A DNA stretch of 58,799 nt from Thermoplasmata archaeon. Lineage in GTDB: Archaea > Thermoplasmatota > Thermoplasmata > Lutacidiplasmatales > UBA184. Both the position numbers and the translations under genes were made by a program. The stretch is from positions 1 to 58,799 of the forward strand of contig JAKAOF010000007.1 of NCBI GenBank assembly GCA_021823345.1, in the 5' to 3' direction. The notes beneath the pieces were generated by a model that did not search any database, was not told the origin of the DNA, and worked only from the letters and a program-made list of their open reading frames with translations. Below are positions 10,101 to 20,130 of the stretch, piece by piece; position 1 is the first letter of the stretch; every line of letters begins with the position of its first letter.

Positions 10101-10142
10101 CGCGAAGGCCCGTTCCTTGCTGGAGAGCTCCTTCTCGGCCAC
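7134..10142 (-). CDS. MMPL-family (RND superfamily) transporter
   Basis: Two halves with large extracellular loops; GVGTDYAVFLFSRYREE and GLGMDYNVFILTRIREE motifs. Confidence 0.9.
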   Translation of the reverse strand: MAEKELSSKERAFAALGTWITRHPYHPLIIWVIVLVIAVPTLSNIGNATTNSATVLPDNAPSIVAANEIAALFPSQNSASSSIIAIEGPNVMGPAGQATVVRVAQELPQNRSIQYLANVSTFYSTYAQYLDGQTELTLAVLQNSTHGPLSLYSGVNDTALLLWTSPATYAESWYGVKEANPSAPTATVNAEAYYQANQSLSAYSNQTVHATLQKILGTFYSAFNSTPACPQEAGLYPLFLACSDDVARHSLAAPANAGEFPLVSPELAGPVLSGLGIENFTSGPAVRDLTAQILAAQTGFSTTWITYVWTTFPYGSTASNLSAWANRTADNVPVDQYPLAVPAAIARSFVSPDGELTLIAISYTQQDAYTAPDGSQPIFNDIGVMNSILDSTLKKTDPSGGLSYYQTGVAPLDNDENNVLTSGLVLTLPLSVSVLLLITALYFRSPVTPIVAFGPIAMALVISMGGTYFIGTMITRVDVTSLELQDAFVLGVGTDYAVFLFSRYREELAHGKEHREALIATMTWAGESIAISGATVILSTLALAFSGVALLSQWGMVLSLSVFIALLISLTVVPSLIVLLGPRVFWPDRRERMVRREHLREERAEAGQTYFQKAGKFAVRRAVPIVIVAALVSLPLTYVALTAPVTYDYFGQLPANSPASQGLTAISNHFGPGYAFPLDILVTFRSPLVTANSANVTEFQDIARLTSLMNNTSGIASVDSPTGAYGAPLSSWTAYSTLGPVQRIELNATLSPYVGTDGRSVLFTVVPNSGGLSLTAIQALTSVEGSLSGYVSAHPAIEAVHYGGAASELKDLDQQTSQALDRMITIVVIGLILVLLTLLASLTIPAMAVVTIGVSIAWAWAVTYLVMAVMLATPIFFFDRVILFIIVLGLGMDYNVFILTRIREEKAAGIPTREAVVKAVGYTGGIITAAAIILASVFFVLASNSFALLRTIGFSLGVAVILDAMVVRTFLMPALISILGERVWWLPGGKKKQSPVTTEGGP

Positions 10143-10213
10143 TTCGGCGTCAAACTACGGAGGCGATAGATAAGCTTGTGTCAGAACTGACGGAGGCGTC
10201 GCTCGGCCGGTCG

Positions 10214-10951
10214 TCAGCGCCACCGGGTGAGGATCTCCTCCCGGTGGAAGGTCTTTCGGCTGACACTGAAGAGCAGGAGCGACAGGACCGCCAAGATGCC
10301 CGAGATCTCCAGGAGATGGGGGTTGTCGAGGGGGATGACCCCGGCCTCCCCCATCACGTAGATCAGGACGAAGGGAAGGAAGGTCATGCTCGAGATCTGT
10401 TGCGCCGAGCGCACATCGGTGACCCAGGAGGAGATGATGACGGAGATTTCGATGGAGACCAGGCAGATGAGCGGGGAGAGCACGAGCAGGAGGATGGCCA
10501 TCTCCCAGTTCGGGTAGTAGAGATACCCGAGGTAGCCGCCGGTCACCCGGTCCATCAGCACCATGTAGAGTCCCGCCCCGCCCCAGATGGCGAGCAGGGT
10601 GGGCAAAAAGGCCGAGAGCACCTTTCCCAGGAGGATCTCGGAGTCGGTGGAGGGGGTCGCGAGCAGCGGCTCCAGGCTCTTCTCGATCTTCTCGCCCGCG
10701 ATGCTGTAAGAGGCGATGCTGCCGGGGAGGACGGACCCTCCGACAGCGAACCAGAAGCTGAACGCATCGAGCAGGCTGGTGAGCTCCGAGGGGTACATGT
10801 GCGTGGCCGTCTCGAGGATGTAGCGAGTGAGGAGGGGAAAGATGACCGCCACCATGATGGGAAAGAGCACGAGCCCGACGTAGACCGAGCGGCGGGTCCG
10901 CAAGAGGACGAGGTCGTGGAGGGCGATCGTCCAGGCCTGGGAGAGCCTCAT
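10214..10951 (-). CDS. ABC-2 type exporter permease
   Basis: Six TM segments; SIAGEKIEKSLEPLLATP...ILLGK motif; overlaps the ATPase gene. Confidence 0.88.
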   Translation of the reverse strand: MRLSQAWTIALHDLVLLRTRRSVYVGLVLFPIMVAVIFPLLTRYILETATHMYPSELTSLLDAFSFWFAVGGSVLPGSIASYSIAGEKIEKSLEPLLATPSTDSEILLGKVLSAFLPTLLAIWGGAGLYMVLMDRVTGGYLGYLYYPNWEMAILLLVLSPLICLVSIEISVIISSWVTDVRSAQQISSMTFLPFVLIYVMGEAGVIPLDNPHLLEISGILAVLSLLLFSVSRKTFHREEILTRWR

Positions 10952-11880
10952 GCCGCGGGACCCTCCTCCCGGATGAGCCGCAAGTAGACCTCCTCGAGGG
11001 ACGGGGAGAGCTGCGTCAGTTCCCGCAGCCTTCCCCCCGAGGCGAGGACCGCCTCGGCGATCTCCGGGTTCTCCCGCTCGGGGTCCGCGACCTCGATGAG
11101 GAGCCGGTTCCCCGAGACCTCGATCTTCCGTGCGCCGAGGCGCGCCCGCAACGCGGTCACGATCGATTCCGAAGCGTGTTCGAGGCGGACCACCGTCCGA
11201 GTTCCCCAGAGCTGGGCCTTGAGCTCCTCGAGGGTCCCGACCGTGAGGAGCCGGGTCTTGAGGATCCCGACGCGGTCGCAGATCCGCTCGGCTTCGTCCA
11301 GGTGGTGGGTGTTGAGGAAGATCGTACGCTGGTCGCGCTTCAGCTCCAGGATGAAGTCCCGGACCATCTTGGCCGCCTCCGGGTCCAGGTTCGCCGTCGG
11401 TTCGTCCAGGAAGAGCAGGACCGGGTCATGGACCAGGGCGCGCGCGATGGCGACCTTTTGCTTCATCCCCTTGGAAAACGTGCCGACCGGAAGGTCGCGC
11501 TTTTCCCAGAGATCCATCATGCGCAGCAACCGTTCGATGTTCTTGCGGAGCGTGGTGGAATCCAGGCGGTTCAGTCGCCCGTAGTACTCGAGGTTCCGGT
11601 AGGCGCTCATCCCCTCGTAGAGCCCGACGTTCTCGGGAAGGAGACCGATCTGTCTCCGCAGCTTGAGCTCGGCGCTGCTGTCCCCGATCTCGTAGCCGGC
11701 CACGGTCGCGGAGCCGCTCGACTTCGAGATCAGGCTCGCGAGCATCCGAACGGTGGTGGTCTTCCCCGCCCCGTTCGGCCCGAGGAACCCGAAGACCTCG
11801 CCCTCCTTCACGTGCAAGGTGAGCTCGTCCACGGCGGTGATCTCTCCGAACACCCGGGTCAACCCGTCCGTATCGATCAT
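10948..11880 (-). CDS. ABC exporter ATP-binding subunit
   Basis: Walker A GPNGAGKT, FSKGM signature, LFLDEPT Walker B; start placed at ATG 11880. Confidence 0.92.
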   Translation of the reverse strand: MIDTDGLTRVFGEITAVDELTLHVKEGEVFGFLGPNGAGKTTTVRMLASLISKSSGSATVAGYEIGDSSAELKLRRQIGLLPENVGLYEGMSAYRNLEYYGRLNRLDSTTLRKNIERLLRMMDLWEKRDLPVGTFSKGMKQKVAIARALVHDPVLLFLDEPTANLDPEAAKMVRDFILELKRDQRTIFLNTHHLDEAERICDRVGILKTRLLTVGTLEELKAQLWGTRTVVRLEHASESIVTALRARLGARKIEVSGNRLLIEVADPERENPEIAEAVLASGGRLRELTQLSPSLEEVYLRLIREEGPAA

Positions 11881-12108
11881 GAACGCCTCTCCGAGAGAGG
11901 AGAGCAAGGAACTTTAGTTCCGCGGAAGTCTTAACCCCAGGGAAAGCACGCCATTTCCTCACTCCCCCCGAGGGGGATGGCGCTCTTGAGCCGCTGTTCC
12001 GCGGCACGCGATGGTAGGTCAGGCCCTGGGAACTTCCAAGGAACGGCGCGGGGAGAGAGTTTTGGAACCTTCGTTGGCCTTTAATGTAGTCCTTCTTTCC
12101 ACGGTGCC

Positions 12109-13020
12109 ATGGCGGAGCGTCCCGGGCACCGACCCGATTTCGCCGCCTATGTGAAGGAGTTCTTCGAGGCCTCGCTCCTCCTCTCGCTGCTGACGTCCCT
12201 CGTGGGGGTCGCGGTCGCCGCCGTGGGAGGACCGGTCAAGCCGGGATACGCGGCGCTGAGCGTCCTCGGGACGATCCTCGTCCAAGCGAGCGTGAATCTC
12301 GTGAACGACTATTTCGACTTCTCGAGCGGCATCGACCAGGAGACCGTGAAGACCCCGTTCAGCGGAGGGAGCAAGCTGCTGGTTTCCGGGAGGGTCTCCC
12401 CGCGGGGCGTGTTGACCCTCGGCCTCGCCACGGCGGCGGCGGCCGCGGGGATCGGGATCTATCTGGCGCTGGTGGTGAGCCTGTACCTCTTCCTCCTGGC
12501 CGCCTTCGGAGGGATCGCCATCATCCTCTACTCCCGGGTCATCGTCCGAGTTCCGATGGCGGCGGAGCCGTTCGTGATGCTCTCCTTCATCCTGGAGGGG
12601 ATCGGCTGTTACATCGTGGCCCACGGGGGTGTCTCGGGCCTGGCGCTCGCCGCCTTCGTCATCGTGCCCGCGGGCATGTTGGGAGGGATCACGCTCCTGG
12701 TCAACGAGGTTCCCGACACCCCGGTGGATGCGAAGCACGGACGCCGTCACGCCGTCGTCCTCCTCGGAACGATGCGCAAGGTGTCGGGGTACTATCTCGC
12801 CCTGATGGCCACGACCTATGTCGTGCTCCTGGCGGGAGTCTTCACCGGAGCGATCCCGCCGCGGTTCCTGACCGGCTTGCTCACGTTACCGATCGCGCTC
12901 TACGTGGCCCTGGGGATCCTCCGTTATTCCGGGCCGCAAGGGTACGAGCGCACCATGGCCACGCAGGCAGGGGGCGTCGTTCTCTACCTTGGCCTGCTCG
13001 TCGCCGGAGCGATGCTCTAG
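12109..13020 (+). CDS. menA: UbiA-family prenyltransferase, MenA-like (DHNA polyprenyltransferase)
   Basis: NLVNDYFDFSSGID and NEVPDxxxDxxxGRR motifs; multi-pass membrane protein. Confidence 0.75.
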   Translation: MAERPGHRPDFAAYVKEFFEASLLLSLLTSLVGVAVAAVGGPVKPGYAALSVLGTILVQASVNLVNDYFDFSSGIDQETVKTPFSGGSKLLVSGRVSPRGVLTLGLATAAAAAGIGIYLALVVSLYLFLLAAFGGIAIILYSRVIVRVPMAAEPFVMLSFILEGIGCYIVAHGGVSGLALAAFVIVPAGMLGGITLLVNEVPDTPVDAKHGRRHAVVLLGTMRKVSGYYLALMATTYVVLLAGVFTGAIPPRFLTGLLTLPIALYVALGILRYSGPQGYERTMATQAGGVVLYLGLLVAGAML

Positions 13021-13029
13021 GGGTGGAGA

Positions 13030-14070
13030 GTGCGGGCGATCGGTTTCCATCGTTTTGGACCTCCCGAGGTGCTGGTTCCCCTTGAACTTCCCGACCCGGT
13101 CCCGGGGCCGGGTGACGTGATCGTGCGGGTGGCGGCCACCTCCGTCAATCGCCTGGATGTCCTGATGCGCACCGGGATCGGCGACCCCGGGATCCCCTTT
13201 CCGCACGTCCTGGGCTGTGACATCGTAGGAACGGTGGCCACCCTGGGTCCCGGGACCGACGGATATTCCGAGGGGGAGCGGGTCGTCGTCAACACCTGCT
13301 ACGGGTGTGGCGCGTGCGGGGCGTGTCGCCGCGGCGACGAGGTGCGTTGCCCGGAGTGGAAGTCGTTCGGGCTTCAGGTCCATGGGGGGTACGGAGAACT
13401 GGTTCGGGTGCCTGCTCGCAGCTTGGTCCGTCCCCCGGGAGGCTACTCCTCGGAAGAATTGGCGTGCCTCCCGATGGTGCTCTCGGTGGCGTGGAGAAGT
13501 CTGCACGTCCCGGCCATGCAGGGTCCGGGCGACTGGGTCGCGGTCCGTGCCGCCTCGGGAGGGGTGGGATTGACGGCCCTTCGGTTGGGCCAGCAGATGG
13601 GCCTGCGGATGATCGCACTGACCCGGAGCCCTGCCCGCAACGCCCGGCTACAGGAGATGGGAGCGGAGGCGGTGGTGGACGCGAGCCGGGGAGAGGAGGC
13701 GGTCGTGAAGGAGGTCCGCGCGCTGACGGGGGGCCATGGGGTCCACCTCGTGATGGAGGCGACCGGGGTGACGCTGGGCTCTTCCATCGACATGGTCCGA
13801 GACGGAGGGGCGGTGGTCGTCTACGGATCACTGGGAGGGAGGCAGAGCACGATCGATGTCGTCCGAACGTACCGTCACAGCGTGCAGGTGATCGGGCTGC
13901 ACAACGGCAACCGGGACGATCTCTCGGAAGCGTTCGAATTCTTGGCCGCCCATGGCGTACGTCCCCTGTTGGGGGAGGTGCTGGGGGTGGAGCAGGCCGC
14001 AGAGGCCCATCGACGGTTCGAACGCCGCGACCATCTGGGCAAGATCGTGCTGAGGCACCCCGGTCCGTGA
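13030..14070 (+). CDS. Zn-binding medium-chain dehydrogenase/quinone oxidoreductase
   Basis: GPPEVL, SVNRLD, PHVLGCD, CGACGAC..C, AASGGVG, GKIVL motifs. Confidence 0.85.
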   Translation: MRAIGFHRFGPPEVLVPLELPDPVPGPGDVIVRVAATSVNRLDVLMRTGIGDPGIPFPHVLGCDIVGTVATLGPGTDGYSEGERVVVNTCYGCGACGACRRGDEVRCPEWKSFGLQVHGGYGELVRVPARSLVRPPGGYSSEELACLPMVLSVAWRSLHVPAMQGPGDWVAVRAASGGVGLTALRLGQQMGLRMIALTRSPARNARLQEMGAEAVVDASRGEEAVVKEVRALTGGHGVHLVMEATGVTLGSSIDMVRDGGAVVVYGSLGGRQSTIDVVRTYRHSVQVIGLHNGNRDDLSEAFEFLAAHGVRPLLGEVLGVEQAAEAHRRFERRDHLGKIVLRHPGP

Positions 14071-14684
14071 AGGATTCCCGTCTGACCTCGGCGCTCTACC
14101 TTCTCCTCCCCGTCCTCCTGTGGCCCCTGTCGTTCATCGTCCTGCGGTCCTACTTCATCTACGCGTTGGCCACCTCAGTGACCCTTCTCGCCGCCCTGAC
14201 CTGGGTGCTCCACCGGGAGGACCTCGCCTGGGCCCGCTGGAAACCCCCGGTCGGCACGATCGTCGCGGGGATCGTGGGGGCCGTCCTCCTCTACCTCCTC
14301 TTCGTGGGAGGGAACGAGGGAACCTCGATCCTCGGGCTCCACGGCTACGTCCAGAACGTCTACGGCGAGATCTACGGCAACCAGAACGGGGTAGTCCTGG
14401 TGGTGTTGCTCGCGGTCATCGGAGTGGGCGAGGAGGTCTACTGGAGAGGGGGCCTGCAGGGATGGGTGGAACGCACCTCCCCGGCGCTCCGCAACGTGCC
14501 GTGGGTCGCCTCGACGGCGTACTACACCACGGTCCACATCGCTACGTTGAACCCGATCCTGGTCGGAGCGGCCTTCGTCGTGGGCCTCGTGACGAGCGTG
14601 GTCGCGCACCGGGCCGGGATCGGAGCCTCGATCATCACGCACATCCTTTGGATCGAGGCGATCGTCGTCTTTTTCCCGGTGTAG
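14067..14684 (+). CDS. CPBP/Abi (CAAX protease-like) intramembrane endopeptidase
   Basis: EEVYWRG motif plus H and HxxW in TM helices; GTG start overlaps the upstream TGA. Confidence 0.82.
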   Translation: MKDSRLTSALYLLLPVLLWPLSFIVLRSYFIYALATSVTLLAALTWVLHREDLAWARWKPPVGTIVAGIVGAVLLYLLFVGGNEGTSILGLHGYVQNVYGEIYGNQNGVVLVVLLAVIGVGEEVYWRGGLQGWVERTSPALRNVPWVASTAYYTTVHIATLNPILVGAAFVVGLVTSVVAHRAGIGASIITHILWIEAIVVFFPV

Positions 14685-14782
14685 GAGGACCCTCCTGACG
14701 GACCGGGCCACCCACGGTAGAAATCCGTTCCGTACACAGGCGAAACGTACATAACCGGGGGGGGCATTGAACCCCCTTACCC

Positions 14783-15499
14783 ATGTCGAACCCCCTCTTG
14801 TCGGAGGTGTCGTCCTCCGGAGTGCCCCCGCTCACGGACCAATTGCTGGTCCTTCCGGTCGGTGCCATGGAGGCCCATGGTCCGCACCTTCCTCTCGGCT
14901 CCGACCTCCTCCAGGCGGAAGCCACGGCCAAGGACCTCGCCCGCCGGGTCCGGTGCGTGGTCGCTCCAGGGATCCCGTACGGCGTGTGTCCGGGTACCCG
15001 GGGGTTCCCCGGCACGATCTCCATCTCCCCGGGAACGCTCGCCCGACTGACCGAGGACCTGACCGAGGGCTTCTATCGGACCGGATTCCGCAAGTTCCTC
15101 ATCCTCTCCGGGCACGGCGCCGCCGCGCATATGGCCGCCCTCCGGGAGGGGGTCGGGACCGTGGTGAGCCGTCACCCCGAGGTCCGGGCCGCCGTCCTCT
15201 GTGACTATGAATTTGTCTACGAGCTGCGGGGGAAGGATGCGCCGGCCACGGATGGGCATGCCGGACTCCTCGAGACCTCGCGCGTGATGGCGCTCGCGCC
15301 CGAACAAGTGGGAACCGCACGTCCTTCGGTCGAGTACCGGGTGCATCGGTCCGTGGTGGGGGATCCTTCTCGGGAGGACTGGCCCGACAGCGTGATGGGC
15401 GACACCCGAGGAGCCTCGGCGGAGACGGGCCGGCGGATCCACGCCCATGTGATGGACCGGTTGGTGGAGACCGTAGCGACCATTTTCGGAGGCGCCTGA
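14783..15499 (+). CDS. Creatininase/ArfB-family amidohydrolase
   Basis: [22 protein letters not shown] and [10 protein letters not shown] motifs. Confidence 0.88.
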   Translation: MSNPLLSEVSSSGVPPLTDQLLVLPVGAMEAHGPHLPLGSDLLQAEATAKDLARRVRCVVAPGIPYGVCPGTRGFPGTISISPGTLARLTEDLTEGFYRTGFRKFLILSGHGAAAHMAALREGVGTVVSRHPEVRAAVLCDYEFVYELRGKDAPATDGHAGLLETSRVMALAPEQVGTARPSVEYRVHRSVVGDPSREDWPDSVMGDTRGASAETGRRIHAHVMDRLVETVATIFGGA

Positions 15500-18363
15500 T
15501 GGTGGACCGGGGCATCGTGGTCCGCGGGGCCCGCCAGCACAACCTCAAGAACGTCACCCTGGAACTTCCGCGGGACAAGCTCATCGTCATCACGGGAGTG
15601 AGCGGCTCCGGGAAGAGCTCCCTCGCCTTTGACACGCTCTATGCCGAAGGGCAGCGCCGGTACATCGAGAGCCTCTCGGCCTACGCGCGGCAGTTCCTCG
15701 GCCAGATGGACAAGCCCGACGTGGATTTCGTCGAGGGCCTCTCCCCCACGATCGCCATCGAGCAGCGCAGCGGAAGCTCGAACCCCCGCTCGACCGTGGG
15801 GACGACGACCGAGATCCACGACTACCTCCGACTGCTCTTTGCGCGGGTGGGCGTCCCGCACTGTCCCACCCACGGTCTCGAGATCTCCCCGCAGGGGATC
15901 GATGCACTGCTCAAGTCGATCCTCGAGACCTACGATGGGAAGTCCGTCGAGCTCCTCTCGCCCGTCGTCCGGGAGCGCAAGGGAGAGCATCGCGACCTCC
16001 TCACCGGTCTCGGCAAGGACGGCTACACGCGCCTCGTGGTGGACGGTCTCGACGTCAAGTGGTCGAAGGACATCAATCTCGCCAAGATGAAGAAGCACAC
16101 GATCGAGGTGATCGTGGACTCGATCACGGTCTCTCCCGAGGAGCGACTGCGCATCGCGGAAGGGATCGAGCTCTGTCAGAAGCTCTCTCCGGGCATCGTC
16201 ATCATCCGGAGCGGAGGGGACCGCCGGCTCTACTCGCTCTCCCGCTCGTGCCCGGTCTGCGGATTTTCCCTCGGGGAGCTCGAGCCCAAGCTCTTCTCCT
16301 TCAACAATCCGGCGGGAGCCTGCCCGGAGTGTTCCGGGATCGGGGCCACGCTGCACGCGGATCCCGACCTCATCATCCCCGACAAGACGAAGAACCTCTT
16401 CAGCGCCATCAGCGTCTGGGGGCTGACCCCGGACTCGCCCGAGCTCCGGAAGTTCGCGGAGGAGCACGGGTACAACCCGAACCATCCGATCTCCGAACTG
16501 GAGGAGGCCGGCTGGAAGGAGCTCCTCTACGGAGCCAAGGAAGTGGCCCGGTCCCGGGGCCACTGGCACTGGTGGTCCGGCGGATGGCGCGCGGAAGGCC
16601 TCGTGGGCGCCGTGGAACGCCGCTGGAAGGAGACGAAGAGTGACGGGGCGCGGGAGTATTACATGGGGTTCATGAACTTCACCGAGTGCCGGGCCTGCCA
16701 GGGCCACCGGCTGAAGCCCGAGGCCCTCGCGGTCACCTTCCGGGACAAGAACCTCTCGGAGATCTCGGCGCTCTCCGTCGAAATGGCCACGGCCTTCTTT
16801 GCGCAGCTCGTGCTGGACGAGCGCGAGCTCAAGATCGTGGGCCAGGTCGTGAAGGAGATCCGGGCCCGGCTCGGCTTCCTGGACAACGTGGGCCTCGGCT
16901 ACGTCACGCTCGACCGGTCGAGCCGCACGCTCTCGGGCGGTGAGGCCGAGCGGATCGCCCTCGCCACGCAGATCGGCAGCGGGCTGGTCGGGGTGCTCTA
17001 CATCCTGGATGAGCCCTCGATCGGGCTCCACGCGCGCGACCACGACCGGCTGCTCTTCACCCTCAAGAAACTGCGGGACATCGGCAACACGTTGCTCGTC
17101 GTGGAGCACGACGAAGCCACGATGCGCACGGCCGACTGGATCGTCGACATGGGTCCCGGGCCGGGGGTCCACGGCGGTCAGGTCCTCTACAACGGACCCT
17201 CGAGCGAGATCGACAAGGCGCGCAATTCCCTGACCGCGGATTACCTCACCGGCCGCAAGTCCATCCCGCTCCCGACCCACCGGGAGCCCGGCACCGGCCG
17301 CTGGCTCGAGGTGCACGGCGCCCGCGAGAACAACCTGAAGAACGTCACCGTCCGATTTCCCCTCGGCACGCTCACGTGCGTCAGCGGCGTTTCCGGGAGC
17401 GGGAAGAGCACGCTCATGGAGGAGGTCCTCTACCGGGCCCTCCGCCGCCACCTGGGGGTCGGGCGAGAGACCCCCGGAAAGCACGACTACCTCTCCGGGG
17501 TAGAGGCGATCGACCGGGTCTTCTTCATCGACCAGTCCGCCATCGGCCGGACCCCCCGATCGAACCCCGCCACCTACACCGGGATCTTCACGCCGATCCG
17601 GGAGCTCTTCTCCATGATGCCCGAGGCCAAGGCCCGCGGATACCGCCCGGGCCGATTCTCCTTCAACGTGGCCGGGGGCCGATGTGACGCCTGCGAGGGG
17701 GACGGGGTCATCCGCTACGAGATGCACTTCCTCCCGGACGTCTACGTGGTCTGCAGCGCCTGCAAGGGGAAGCGCTTCAACGAGGAGACCCTCCAGATCC
17801 ACTACAAGGACCGCTCGATCGCCGACGTCCTCGACATGACGGTCGAGGAAGCCCTCGAGTTCTTCTCCGCCCACCCCCGGATCGCTTCCCGCCTCCGGTT
17901 GCTCTCCCAGGTCGGCCTCGGATACGTCAAGCTGGGCCAGGGGGCCACGACGCTCTCCGGCGGAGAGGCGCAGCGCATCAAGATCGCCTACGAGCTCGCC
18001 CGGACCCCGACCGGGAAGACCCTCTACCTCTTGGACGAACCGACGACGGGACTCCACTTCGACGATGTGCGGCGGCTGCTCGAGGTGCTCTACCGGCTGC
18101 GCGCCGGCGGCAACACCGTGATCGTCATCGAGCACAACCTGGACGTGCTCAAGAGCGCGGACTACCTCATCGACCTCGGCCCCGAAGGGGGCGACCGGGG
18201 CGGTGAAGTGGTGGCGGTCGGCACCCCCGAAGAGGTGGCCCGCGAGCCGCGCTCGTACACGGGGGCATACCTGCGCAAGCACCTCGGCGAGAAGGGGGGA
18301 CCCTCCGCGTCCCGTCCAACCTCCCGTCCCGCTTCCCGAGGGACCTCGGCGGCCGAGGCGTAA
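15499..18363 (+). CDS. uvrA: Excinuclease ABC subunit A
   Basis: GARQHNLKN, two ABC ATPase modules (GVSGSGKS twice, LSGGE twice), zinc fingers. Confidence 0.98.
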   Translation: MVDRGIVVRGARQHNLKNVTLELPRDKLIVITGVSGSGKSSLAFDTLYAEGQRRYIESLSAYARQFLGQMDKPDVDFVEGLSPTIAIEQRSGSSNPRSTVGTTTEIHDYLRLLFARVGVPHCPTHGLEISPQGIDALLKSILETYDGKSVELLSPVVRERKGEHRDLLTGLGKDGYTRLVVDGLDVKWSKDINLAKMKKHTIEVIVDSITVSPEERLRIAEGIELCQKLSPGIVIIRSGGDRRLYSLSRSCPVCGFSLGELEPKLFSFNNPAGACPECSGIGATLHADPDLIIPDKTKNLFSAISVWGLTPDSPELRKFAEEHGYNPNHPISELEEAGWKELLYGAKEVARSRGHWHWWSGGWRAEGLVGAVERRWKETKSDGAREYYMGFMNFTECRACQGHRLKPEALAVTFRDKNLSEISALSVEMATAFFAQLVLDERELKIVGQVVKEIRARLGFLDNVGLGYVTLDRSSRTLSGGEAERIALATQIGSGLVGVLYILDEPSIGLHARDHDRLLFTLKKLRDIGNTLLVVEHDEATMRTADWIVDMGPGPGVHGGQVLYNGPSSEIDKARNSLTADYLTGRKSIPLPTHREPGTGRWLEVHGARENNLKNVTVRFPLGTLTCVSGVSGSGKSTLMEEVLYRALRRHLGVGRETPGKHDYLSGVEAIDRVFFIDQSAIGRTPRSNPATYTGIFTPIRELFSMMPEAKARGYRPGRFSFNVAGGRCDACEGDGVIRYEMHFLPDVYVVCSACKGKRFNEETLQIHYKDRSIADVLDMTVEEALEFFSAHPRIASRLRLLSQVGLGYVKLGQGATTLSGGEAQRIKIAYELARTPTGKTLYLLDEPTTGLHFDDVRRLLEVLYRLRAGGNTVIVIEHNLDVLKSADYLIDLGPEGGDRGGEVVAVGTPEEVAREPRSYTGAYLRKHLGEKGGPSASRPTSRPASRGTSAAEA

Positions 18364-18381
18364 GCCACCCTCCGCAGGACC

Positions 18382-20016
18382 ATGCCGGAGACGTTCGCGG
18401 CTCCCACCACTCCCGGGGTCTACGTGTTCCGGGGGCCGGAGGGCGAGGTGCTCTACGTCGGGAAGTCGACGAACCTCAAGCGGCGGGTGCTCGACCATCT
18501 TCACATCCGGGAAGAGAAGGACGCCCTGCTCGTCGAGAGCTACGCCCGGGTCGAGTTCGTTCCCACGCACAGCGAGCGGGAGGCCCTGCTGCTCGAGGCG
18601 AACCTGGTGCGCGAGCACCGGCCCCGCTACAACGTCCTGCTCAAGGACGACAAGTCCTACCCCTACATCCAGGTCACGACCGGAGACCCCTTCCCCCGCA
18701 TCTCCCTCGTGCGCCGGCCCCGCCGCTCCCGGAAGGCCACGCTGTTCGGACCCTACACGAGCGCGCGTGAGGCCCGGAGCCTGGTGTGGGTCCTCGAGGA
18801 TTCCTTTCACACGCGCCGGTGCATCCGCCTGCCGAAGCGCGAGTGCATCTACTACCACATGGGACTCTGTCCGGCCCCTTGTACCGGCAAGATCAGCCGC
18901 GAGGATTACGGGAAGCAGGTGGCGCAGGCTCTCCTCGTATTGCAGGGTCGGACGGGGGAGGCCCTCGACCAGCTCGAACGGGAGATGGCGACGGCGGCAG
19001 AGCACCAGGAGTTCGAGCGGGCGATCCTCTTGCGCGACGCGATGGCCGCGGTCGGGAACCTACGGGAGAAGCAGCGGGTATCCAGTTCCGGCAGCGAGGA
19101 CATGGACATCCTCGCGCTCCATTATCCCCGGGAGCGGCCGACCCTCACGGCGACGGTCGGCCTGCTCCGCGTGCGCGCGGGCCAGGTCGTGGGGGCCGAG
19201 CCCCATGCGCTCTCGGTCCCCGCCGAGGGGGACCCGAGCGACGGCGATCTCCTCGCCAGCTACCTCTTGCAGGACTACTCGCGCCGGAGCGGGTTGCCGC
19301 GCGTGCTCTACATCCCGGCGCTCTCCGAGCCGGACCGCGAGGACCTGCGGGGAGCCACCGACCTCTTGCTCACCGACCGCGGGATCGAGGTATGGGTCGC
19401 CGAACGGGGCCGCCCGAAGGCCCTGCTCGAGCTCGCGCGCAAGGCGGCGGAGACCTACACCCACGTTCGGGGAGAGAGCTTGCCCCACGCGGGAGCGCCG
19501 CAGCTGCTGCAGCGCATGCTCTCCTTGCCCGGGCTCCCCCAGCACATCGAGGGGATCGACATCTCCATCCTCCAGGGGGTGGAGGCGGTGGGATCCCTCG
19601 TGGTCTTCCGCGGGGGAAAGCCCGAGAAGGACGAGTACCGTCGGTTCAAGATCAAGGAGGTCGAGGGGATGAACGACTTCGCGATGATCCACGAGGTCGT
19701 GAGCCGACGGTTCCGACGTCTCCTGTCCGAGCGGAAGGAGCTACCGGACCTCCTGCTCATCGATGGCGGGGCGGGGCAGGTCTCGAGCGCGTACGATGCG
19801 CTCCGCTCGCTCGGGCTCGAGGGGCGGGTACCGATGCTCGGCCTGGCGAAGAAGGAGGAGGAGATCTACCGGCCGAACTCCTCCGAGCCGTTGCGACCCG
19901 ACAAGAACTCTCCCGCAATGCTGCTGCTGCGGCACATCCGGGACGAGTCGCATCGCTTCGCGGTGACCTACCACCGCAAACGACGGCAGATGGCGATGCG
20001 CTCAGAACTGGAGTAA
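18382..20016 (+). CDS. uvrC: Excinuclease ABC subunit C lacking the C-terminal HhH pair
   Basis: GIY-YIG (GVY..YVGKS), DDKSYPYI, UVR motif FERAILLRD, RNase H-like domain (DIS, LIDGG, RDESHRFA). Confidence 0.95.
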   Translation: MPETFAAPTTPGVYVFRGPEGEVLYVGKSTNLKRRVLDHLHIREEKDALLVESYARVEFVPTHSEREALLLEANLVREHRPRYNVLLKDDKSYPYIQVTTGDPFPRISLVRRPRRSRKATLFGPYTSAREARSLVWVLEDSFHTRRCIRLPKRECIYYHMGLCPAPCTGKISREDYGKQVAQALLVLQGRTGEALDQLEREMATAAEHQEFERAILLRDAMAAVGNLREKQRVSSSGSEDMDILALHYPRERPTLTATVGLLRVRAGQVVGAEPHALSVPAEGDPSDGDLLASYLLQDYSRRSGLPRVLYIPALSEPDREDLRGATDLLLTDRGIEVWVAERGRPKALLELARKAAETYTHVRGESLPHAGAPQLLQRMLSLPGLPQHIEGIDISILQGVEAVGSLVVFRGGKPEKDEYRRFKIKEVEGMNDFAMIHEVVSRRFRRLLSERKELPDLLLIDGGAGQVSSAYDALRSLGLEGRVPMLGLAKKEEEIYRPNSSEPLRPDKNSPAMLLLRHIRDESHRFAVTYHRKRRQMAMRSELE

Positions 20017-20044
20017 GCGGGGAGAGCGCCCCCGGTCTCCCCGC
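20017..20044 (+). terminator. GC-rich hairpin immediately after uvrC
   Basis: GCGGGGAGA...TCTCCCCGC 9-bp perfect stem; no U-tract. Confidence 0.35.
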
Positions 20045-20130
20045 TCGTTCCCGGGAGGCTCCGGACCTCGTTCGTACCGAAATGACTTCCCCCCGGGCAT
20101 TCAAATACCGTATCGACCTATGCGGTTCCC

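Noticed and set aside
11920-12060. Hairpin-rich intergenic region as a possible tRNA or ncRNA
   Set aside because: No cloverleaf, T-loop or known RNA motif; the stems are explicable by GC content.
15217-19005. 1262-aa minus-strand ORF and many similar long antisense or alternate-frame ORFs (e.g. 7164-8693, 42516-44486, 46906-48567)
   Set aside because: Shadow ORFs of well-supported genes, expected at high GC; no recognisable motifs.
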